Assembly (NCBI GenBank): GCA_905330235.1
Contig: CAJNUA010001750.1
Span: 1 to 20,682 of the forward strand
Length of the DNA: 20,682 nt
Reading direction: 5' to 3'
Source: Rotaria sp.
Taxonomy: Eukaryota
Shown here in pieces: positions 10,780 to 17,960 of this stretch (positions are counted from its first letter, which is position 1; every line of letters begins with the position of its first letter). A program made the translations under genes and the position numbers. The notes under the pieces were generated by a model that saw only the letters and a list, made by a program, of their open reading frames with translations, did no database searches and was not told the origin of the DNA.

Positions 10780-11088
10780 ATATGCAAGTGGTAAGTAAGC
10801 ACCGGTTTTTTTAACTAACCATTCTTCACCAGTAACACGTTGCTGACCTGTTCGATCAATGAGATCTTTTTTTGCACCTAATCGAATAGCTTGATTAGGA
10901 CCAATAAGAGTTGCACGAATTTGTTCTTCTGCACTAACTTCTTTTCGTGGAATATATGTAGCTGGTCCTTCAAATAACCATTCATCGCCAGCACGACGTT
11001 GCTCTTTTATTATTTCATCATCAAAATCAAGTATAGCTTTTAAACGCAATGCTGAATTAGCTGGAACAATCTTTAGCGGAGTAACCGG
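10780..11088 (-). CDS. MVP: MVP exon 3
   Basis: The 67-nt intron (11155..11089) ends 'ttttgcag'. The exon encodes '[24 protein letters not shown]...[19 protein letters not shown]...[19 protein letters not shown]', matching the MVP repeat domains. The donor is GTAAAT. Confidence 0.85.
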
Positions 11089-11155
11089 CTGCAAAAAGAA
11101 AACAATTAAATATTGAAAAAGAAAATACCGAACAAATAAATATTTATTTTTTTAC

Positions 11156-11324
11156 TTGACGAAGAATTTCTCCAGGATAAAGTGGAAATGGTGCTTGATC
11201 AGGGTATGCAAGACGAATATCCAAATCAGCATGAACAAGTTTGGCTTGACCATTTTCATCGAATTGAACCACTCCTGCTTCATTGCGTACGACAGGTGAT
11301 TCAACAACACAATAATGACGTGGT
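11156..11324 (-). CDS. MVP: MVP exon 2
   Basis: The acceptor 'tttag' (intron 11386..11325, 62 nt) joins to '[56 protein letters not shown]'. MVP has 'PRHYCIVANPV...HADLEIRL...DPFPLYPGE'. The donor is GTAAAA. Confidence 0.85.
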
Positions 11325-11386
11325 CTAAACATAATTTAGAATAATTATTTATTTTTATGTTGTTTTTTTTTAAGTAATATCCATAC

Positions 11387-11583
11387 GGTACTGTTATCAT
11401 TTTTTCCGGTCCAACCATAACTGTTTCGTTTTCTTGTTTAATAAATGTTTTTGGGCCAACTTCTAGTCGTGTTACATTTGTATTTTGATCCAAAACATGT
11501 ATATAATAATAGGGGGGTATACGATATAATGGACTTGAATCTCCTTTATTCGATGTAGTTGTAGTCCTTGTTGATGAATTCAT
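11387..11583 (-). CDS. MVP: Major vault protein exon 1 (start ATG 11583..11581)
   Basis: Encodes '[66 protein letters not shown]', collinear with the vertebrate MVP N-terminus '[36 protein letters not shown]...VTVPP'. The donor is GTATGG. Confidence 0.85.
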
Positions 11584-11639
11584 ATCGTTTCTTAATAACA
11601 ATCTAGAAGACTACGTGAAAAAAAAGCCTATTTCATAAG

Positions 11640-11675
11640 AATGTGAAAAAAAGCAGAGATATAAAGGAGATATTA
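11640..11675 (-). promoter_or_regulatory. MVP: Possible MVP core promoter (TATA-like 'TTTATATC' on the minus strand about 70 to 80 nt upstream of the ATG)
   Basis: The minus-strand sequence reads 'cctttatatctctgcttttttt...' with the ATG at 11583. Position and motif only. Confidence 0.25.
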
Positions 11676-12195
11676 CATGCCAGACTGAAATATTTTTACA
11701 AAGCATTGTGCAAGCTTGCACCATAAAAAAAATGAAAAAAAACCTATTTTTCTCCCCTTCTATAGCTGTCGTTGTCATTTCACAACACGTGGCTTTTTTT
11801 GTATCCTCTCACATCAATAATAACGGCCACAGAACACAAATAGCATGTGAGTATGAGGTGTGAGTATGGATGTGGCGAAATCGGTTTGAGATGGGGTTTA
11901 TATGATTGTCACTATTTTGTTCACATCCACGTCTCTCTAAAATGAGTATTTCTCCTTGAATAAAATCAATGATATATTTTTCTTATTCACCCTATTTTAT
12001 TTTGACAACCTGCCATTGCACAAGGCGAAGACGAGAAGGTGAGTGATAGAAATATTCCGCAATATTCAAACTATTAAAAAGATACAACTGACAAAAAAGA
12101 CCGGCAACCGAACCTTTCAAACTACTAGCAAGCTAGACGTTAGCCAAAAGCAAGCAAAACACCGATTCCATCAACAGTACCTACGATCCAAAAAT

Positions 12196-12355
12196 TGGCA
12201 ATTCAAGAAAATCTCAGCAATTCAAGGAATTCGATATATCCATATATCTTTGAATTATATCCCCTGGAAGTGCCATGGAATTCAAGGAAATCAAGCAATT
12301 CTAGAAATTGTAGAAATTGAAGGAAACTGAAGGAAATTCACGGAACTGAACCATG
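12196..12355. repeat. Left arm of the GAATTCC-rich inverted repeat flanking the microsatellite
   Basis: 'ccatggaattcaaggaaatcaag...gaaattcacggaactgaaccatgg' is the reverse complement (about 80%) of 12530..12721. Confidence 0.7.
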
Positions 12356-12360
12356 GTAGA

Positions 12361-12525
12361 TAGTAAGGGCCGGTGCGGGCATGAGTGCGCGGTGTGGATG
12401 TGAGTGTTAAAGTGATCTCTTCTCCCACATCCACACCCAACCCTCTGCCCACCCACACCCACATCCACACCCCACCCTCAGCCCACCCACACCTACATCC
12501 ACACCCACACCCACACCAAAATTTC
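12361..12525. repeat. Compound microsatellite: GT-rich 'gtgcgggcatgagtgcgcggtgtggatgtgagtg' followed by (CACCCACA)n
   Basis: Directly visible. It belongs to the same motif family as 5460..5645. Shorter relatives occur at about 11841..11930, 18175..18250, 18540..18610 and 19255..19330. Confidence 0.9.
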
Positions 12526-12529
12526 CTCT

Positions 12530-12721
12530 GTCTCCTTGAATTTCTTGAGACTTTTAAGGGATGCAATTCATAGTTATATGATCCGTTGATTTTCGTGAAT
12601 TCCTTGAATTCCATGCTACCTTTCAGGGATATAACTGAAAATTATATGGATGTATTGAGTTTCCTGAATTTCGTTGAATTTCTTGATTTCTTTGATTTGC
12701 TTGAATTCCTTGAATTCCATG
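12530..12721. repeat. Right arm of the GAATTCC-rich inverted repeat
   Basis: 'cgtgaattccttgaattccatgctacctttcagggatataactgaaaattatatggatgtattgag...cttgaattccttgaattccatg' matches the reverse complement of 12196..12355. Confidence 0.7.
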
Positions 12722-12900
12722 ATACCCATGAAAAAAAAATTTGTAAAACTTTGCGTTTCAACGCGTTGTTTTTCTAGTTCGCATGTTTTCGCTAGACTTT
12801 AAACGCGGTTTTTAAAACGCATTGAAACGCATCATTTAGTAATAGAAACGGATATGTATCGACTAAAACGTGTTTCTAAAAATGCATTTGCATGCGTTTA
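12722..12900. repeat. Terminal block A: 'acccatgaaaaaaaaatttgtaaaactttgcgtttcaacgc' followed by an AACGC/GCGTTT-motif-rich subterminal region
   Basis: The first ~40 bp match the reverse complement of 15946..15984. Both blocks are dense in AACGC(R)TT-like motifs in opposite orientation. Confidence 0.65.
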
Positions 12901-12933
12901 AATGGCATATTATTGTTCCAAAAGAATGTATAC

Positions 12934-13261
12934 GAGCGATTCCCTGTGAATCATTTTGAAAGTATCCTATTTACAGATAATTTTCTAGTAATGATGGATA
13001 TATTTATCTAATCTATGTACATCTACTCCTTTAGAAATTAGCAAGAATTGTACTTGTGTTTCTTCCTCTAAAAGCCATTTTTTTACATATATTATTCGGT
13101 AAATATGTAAAAAAAAATGACTTTTAGAAGAAGAAACACAAGTACAATTCTTGCTAATTTCTAAAGGAGTAGATGTACATAGATTAGATAAATATATCCA
13201 TCATTACTAGAAAATTATCTATAAATAGGATGCTTTCAAAATGATTCAGAGGAGATCGCTC
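12934..13261. repeat. 328-bp near-perfect palindrome (long hairpin): ~150-bp arms at about 95% identity around a centre at about 13097
   Basis: Left arm 'gagcgattccctgtgaatcattttgaaagtatcctatttacagataattttctagtaatgatggatatatttatctaatctatgtacatctactcctttagaaattagcaagaattgtacttgtgtttcttcctctaaaagccat...'. The right arm, read as reverse complement, matches it with about 8 mismatches. The central 'ttacatatattattcggtaaatatgtaa' is itself palindromic. Confidence 0.9.
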
Positions 13262-13359
13262 CAACATGAACTCTTATTAGATTGCTACAATTCGTTAGAT
13301 CTAACTGGAGTTTGTATGGTAATTTTCACTTCTCGGAAGGATAGATAGGGTTAACCAGG

Positions 13360-13560
13360 GACAAACGAAAGAAGGACATGGTTCGAGTAAAACAAACGGA
13401 AGGAGGGTATTGTTAGAGTATAGTAAACGAAAGAAGAATATTGTTACAGTAAAATAAGCGAACAGAGAATATGGTTAGAATTTTAAAAAACGAAAAGTAC
13501 TGTATGATTAGGGTAACATAAGCAAAGAATACAGTAAGGTCAAATCGAAGAAAAGCTTCG
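13360..13560. repeat. Degenerate ~30-bp minisatellite, about 6 units
   Basis: Tandem units: 'aaacaaacggaaggagggtattgttagagta', 'tagtaaacgaaagaagaatattgttacagta', 'aaataagcgaacagagaatatggttagaatt', 'ttaaaaaacgaaaagtactgtatgattagggta', 'acataagcaaagaatacagtaaggtc'. Confidence 0.7.
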
Positions 13561-13937
13561 TATGCAGAAAAAGAAGATGGAAAAAATAATCTTGTCAAAA
13601 TCTAATTCGAACTAAAGGTACAGAATCTGGAGATTATATACACAAATGGATCAATACTAACACAGCACTCTCATTGAAGAAAATTTATAAATTTTTTGCT
13701 TTTTTACATGTGAATCCAAAATTGCTATTGAATAAAACAGAATTATATTTGAAAAATATGCTATTAGCTATGTTTCGAGTGCCATCTATCAAAGAATTTT
13801 GTTTTTTTCAAAAAATAATTCAGACTCATCCAGAAAGATCTTTCAATTTATAATAGAAAAAAGAAGAATTTTTATAATAAGAAAGTTTATTCAATGATAT
13901 TGCATGTATGTCAAATTACATCTCCTGCATCTATTGT

Positions 13938-14669
13938 TTAAGGTCCCCCCCCCCTAAAAAAAAGTCACTTTTCCTCAGAATCATCGAAATTCAGATAAAT
14001 ACATGGGAAGATAGCCCGTGATCTGCTCTTTCATAACTGATAAAAAGTTTTCCTCGATACCTCCTTTTTGTCCAAAATTTTCGAAGATTTTCGTCACCCC
14101 CTATTCGAAAAATCAGCTGTTTTTTGAAAACTCAAAAAATGTTTTCCGTTTTTTCTCAGTTTCCACTTTCTCAAAAGCGCATCCGAAATTTCTCCTTCCT
14201 GGTTCATTCAATGTATTGATATTTCTTTTTTGTTTGAAAGAGCATCTCAAGGCGCAGGGCATGATGAGGCCCTTTTTTTTAATTAAGCCTTTGTTTGGTC
14301 AATATACAGGCAGTTATATGATTTGGTTACCATTTTTTGACACTTTTTACAGCCATTGAACTTGTGATCTCTTTTTTGCGCTTAAAAGAGGACTATTTCA
14401 AAAAACGAGCCCCATCATGCCCTGTATCTTGAGATGCTCTTTCCAAGAAAAAAAATATTAATATATTGAACGAACCAGGACCGAGAAATTTGGGATGCCA
14501 AATGAGTCATTTTTGACCCTTGTTTGGTTCATATCTCCCTGAAACCTGACGATTTCAGGCTGAAAATTTTATGGTAGTCTCCCCTTTCTAGTCCCAACAT
14601 ATCCTGAACGTTTGATCTAATTTGGATTTTCCTGGGCTGAGATCGATTTTTGAGGGGGAGGGGCCTTAA
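13938..14669. mobile_element. MITE-like non-autonomous element of 724 bp (13942..14665) with imperfect ~22-bp TIRs and flanking TTAA on both sides
   Basis: The left end is TTAA|GGTCCCCCCCCCCTAAAAAAAAGTCAC. The right end is ...GATTTTTGAGGGGGAGGGGCC|TTAA, whose reverse complement 'GGCCCCTCCCCCTCAAAAATC' matches the left end. Subterminal similarity extends about 60 bp. The interior has a second ~40-bp inverted repeat (14234..14272 against 14408..14446) and no protein. ORF 14018..14359 looks spurious. Confidence 0.7.
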
Positions 14670-15649
14670 CAACAATGGACTTTTTTGAATTACGAGATCA
14701 CATAGAAGAAAAGAAAAGAAAGTGATGGAAAATATCACACTTCGCACAAGAATTATCATTACAATTTTAATCACTAAGAGAAGGAACTAACATAGTCCAA
14801 ACACTGATTATGTAACTCGAAAGATTTCTAAGCGTACTATAATTATTCAAATTTTCGTTGGAGAACAAAGCATCTAGCGTTTCTGGACGGCCTATACAAG
14901 TAGTGAATATTGAAAAGAAATATAAACTTTTATTTCTTTGAAAGAACATTGGAAAAGTTATAAATATATAAATACTATTCCTTTTGTTCGATTTTGATCG
15001 AGTTGAGTTTAGCGAAAAATTATCAGTATGCAATAAATGCACAGCAAAAGGTATTACATTTACCACTTTAAATTATTCCAAATCGAAACAATTTCAAGAC
15101 TACCGGTCTTTATAGACGTAAGAATGTACATTATTTTGATCTCACTAATAAAATTATATTAATAACGACATCAAATAATTTATTGTTACAAATTTAGTCC
15201 TTATGTAACAATAGAAAAGACGAAATATTACTGAATTTTAGTACACAAAAAGTTTTGTGCAATAATGTTGAATTTGGGACAATTGATTTTGATCATCATA
15301 TTCATGTTAATGTAAATGATATGAATATGGAAATGTATATGCTACTATTAATTTGAAAATTTTTGTTTTATTCGGTATCTAACGTTAAGTGAGCCTAGTT
15401 TGAGAACATGTTACTACTTATCTTGAATTGTTATGGCTTTTTTTGTATAAAATACATGCTGTACTTTTGAACATTATTCGAATATATTTTTTATCTTATT
15501 ATATCACAAAGAGTTGTTCTGAGCAGTTATACCTTTTAACTTACATATGTTGACATTCATGCTACCGAACATTTATTCTAGTTAAAATATATCTCTATTG
15601 TATATAAGCACACCTTTTCTAGAACCACATGCATGCAATCATTCGTTCA

Positions 15650-15984
15650 AACGCTTTTCTAAACTATTCGTTTTTTCGAGAAAAAACGCATTAAAAAGAA
15701 CAACGTTGTCACGCGTTTCAAAAAACACTCGTTTTTCAATAAAAGAAGGCTCAAAACGCATTTGAATGCATAACAAACAAACGCGTCCAAACGCATAAAA
15801 CTAAATGCATTCAAACAGTGCATGTTTTTAAGTTGCGCTTTAATTTGAAAAAACGCGTTCAAAATATAAAAGATGCGTTTAAACGCGTTGTACTTAAAAA
15901 AGGATGCGTTGAAACGTAAAAATAGCGTTTTCCCTAAAAGTTTGCGTTGGAACGCATTTTTATACAATTTTTTTTTCATGGGTG
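15650..15984. repeat. Terminal block B: AACGC-motif-rich region ending '...gcgttggaacgcatttttatacaatttttttttcatgggt', inverted relative to block A
   Basis: The reverse complement 'acccatgaaaaaaaaattgtataaaaatgcgttccaacgc' aligns with 12724..12765. Together with block A it delimits a ~3.26-kb unit, 12724..15984. The minus-strand ORF 15659..15997 only translates the repeat. Confidence 0.65.
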
Positions 15985-16120
15985 AGATAATGACCATAAT
16001 ATAATTCGTCTAACATAGAAAATGAAATAAATAGTTACGCGCCCATAGAGTTGGTCATTCTGTTTTATTTCGACACAATTGTTAATTTCAAAAGTTGTTC
16101 TTTCTAATTCGTATTTATAC

Positions 16121-16720
16121 ATGTATTTTACGCCAAGCAAAGTCAGTGGTCGCAGCTATTCTCCACGCTCTCCTATTATTTCGTCTTCATCAAACATTGA
16201 TCTCACCTCTCTTACTTCAACACCATCAACACCAATTCGTACTTCAAGTCATACGGCTTATTCTTGTGTACAGATTGAAAGTCTCCTCAAGAAAGAGAAA
16301 GATCGTTTTGTCGTTATTAAAAATACAAATAGAAAATTAACGTCTGCCTGTTGGCAGGTATTTGGATTTCCCGCAATTATTTATTCTAATGGTGGTCCCC
16401 CAGAATGCATTGACAAATTTGTTTTTTGTCGGGAATGCTACAAGACTTACTCATTCACATCCAACAGCACTCGGTTTCTTCTCGATCATCTATGTAACTC
16501 GTTTTCACCAACCAATGGATCAAACACACTTGCTTCAATGCCCTTCTCATCTTCGGTTTTACAACGATCTATCACTGCGTTTACGACACTGAAGAAGAGT
16601 AAACTGACTGATATAACTAAAAATAAAGTCAAAGAACTAGAAGCACGCTGGATCTGCGCCCCTTTACAGTTGTCGATGATCCCGGTTTTCGTCGACTCGC
16701 TCAAGAACTTGTTTCTATTG
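16121..16720 (+). CDS. hAT transposase-like gene, 5' coding segment with BED-type zinc finger
   Basis: The frame containing 'SACWQVFGF...ECIDKFVFCRECYKTYSFTSNSTRFLLDHLC' fits the BED finger pattern (W..F, C-x2-C, ...H-x3-C/H). The first in-frame ATG is at 16121. The 3' boundary is ambiguous: donors at 16711 or 16721 pair with acceptors at 16739 or 16746, giving only a 26 to 29-nt intron. Confidence 0.5.
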
Positions 16721-16746
16721 GTAAGCTAATTCTTATTAGAATGAAG

Positions 16747-17067
16747 TCGATGTTGCTTTCGATTCTTCTAGATGCTCAGCATGGTAATGTGGACGTGGAT
16801 GAAATTCTTCGTGGAGCTCACACGATCTCTTCACATATTAATGACCTCGCTACGAATGAACGCTCTCGAATAAGAACGCTTCTGACTGGTCCCGTAGAGA
16901 ATGGTACGATTTGTCTATGTCCCGATTTATGGACCGACAAGCATCGACAAGTGCGCTATTTGGGAATCACTGCTTCGTTCGTCGACGATGAGTACGGCTT
17001 ACATAACATCGATTTATGCTGTCATCCTTTTCCACCTATCGCAAAGACGGCCGAGAACATTACCACT
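16747..17067 (+). CDS. hAT transposase-like gene, segment with the 'DLWT' motif
   Basis: Encodes '...ICLCPDLWTDKHRQVRYLGITASFVDDEYGLHNIDLCCHPFPPIAKTAENITT'. This is the hAT signature 'TxDxWTS...Hfid..w.l....L.......H.g.nI'. The donor GTAAGT is at 17068. Confidence 0.6.
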
Positions 17068-17120
17068 GTAAGTTTCTATTTATTTCTGTGTTATTTTATC
17101 TATAAAATATTTCGGATTAG

Positions 17121-17458
17121 GCTCTTCAATCAGCTCTCGAGCTTTTCGGTCTTATCGATCTTTCACAATTTTTTTTCGTGCCCGATAGAGGATCAAATTT
17201 CATCAAGACTTTAAAGAATTTTTTACAATTTGGTGTTTTTCACATCGACTGGATAACGTGCTCAAATTATGTTTTTTTACAGCAGCGACAAAGTAAGACA
17301 AACGGAAGGCTATGGACAATATTCAATTGTCCGATAATTTCGACGAAGATTTTGATTCGGTCGTTAACTCACAGTTTGTTCAACATCTGCCGAAGAAGGC
17401 ACTTTATGTTCTCAAAGTGGTATTTGAATGCAAAGCATTGGTAAAATACGTAAAAAAG
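17121..17458 (+). CDS. hAT transposase-like gene, middle segment
   Basis: A 53-nt GT-AG intron (17068..17120) restores the frame. The segment encodes 'ALQSALELFGLIDLSQFFFVPDRGSNFIKTLKNF...FVQHLPKKALYVLKVVFECKALVKYVKK', corresponding to hAT 'vtDNasNm.kA' and '...lVkYvk.S'. The donor GTGACT is at 17459. Confidence 0.55.
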
Positions 17459-17511
17459 GTGACTTTGCCACTTCATTTTCCTGTCATAAGTATCATCTGA
17501 AGTACGTTTAG

Positions 17512-17960
17512 GTCGGCTTGAACAAGGGCATTAAAAATGCGGATGGTGTGGTACTCAAACAATCATCGAATATTCGTTGGCTCTCTCTTGTCTACCTGCT
17601 AGAATCTATCTCTCGTTCGCTCGACGTTTTAAAAAAATCTCACAATTAAAACAAAAACAATTTGCTATTGATCTTGATATCGTCGATGGTTTAATCCGTC
17701 TACTACTACCTTTCAAGAATGTTCTGTCATGAATTCAGACGAATAATGTTCCATCTTTACACAACGTTCTCATATCTATCTTTACATTGTGTAAAGCTCT
17801 ATATAACCTGCCTACTTTTGGAGAAAACATGATCGTGGGATTAGCCGGTGCGGGATTGAAAATATCCAGGCGAGACAGGAGGAGACAGGATACAGTCTCT
17901 GAACAACTCCCGCCGAGCCTTGCCGGAATAGTTTCTGATCGTTCCGTCAGTCTCTGGTAA
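17512..17960 (+). pseudogene. hAT transposase-like gene, 3' segment, apparently disrupted
   Basis: The 53-nt intron (17459..17511, acceptor 'cgtttag') precedes 'VGLNKGIKNADGVVLKQSSNIRWLSLVYLLESISRSLDVLKK', the hAT 'RWNS' block. The frame then shifts at the A7 run 17631..17637 to 'ISQLKQKQFAIDLDIVDGLIRLLLPFKNVLS'. Next comes an in-frame TGA at 17730..17732. After that the frame continues '...GENMIVGLAGAGLKISRRD...VSEQLPPSLAGIVSDRSVSLW*', which resembles the hAT C-terminal dimerisation motif 'ER.FS.AG.IvtdRRs.L'. Confidence 0.5.

Noticed and set aside
12291-12777. ORFs 12291..12614(-), 12385..12573(+) and 12586..12777(+)
   Set aside because: Same reason: they overlie the microsatellite and the GAATTCC-rich inverted-repeat arms.
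14018-14359. 113-aa plus-strand ORF
   Set aside because: It lies inside the MITE-like element, spans its internal inverted repeat, has low complexity and no recognisable domain.
15659-15997. 112-aa minus-strand ORF
   Set aside because: It lies entirely within the AACGC-motif repeat block B. The Lys/Phe-rich translation comes from the A/T and GCGTTT repeats.
16079-16120. Transposase ORF start at 16079 as given in the ORF track
   Set aside because: Codon 16079 is TTG. The first in-frame ATG is at 16121, so the N-terminal extension is unsupported.
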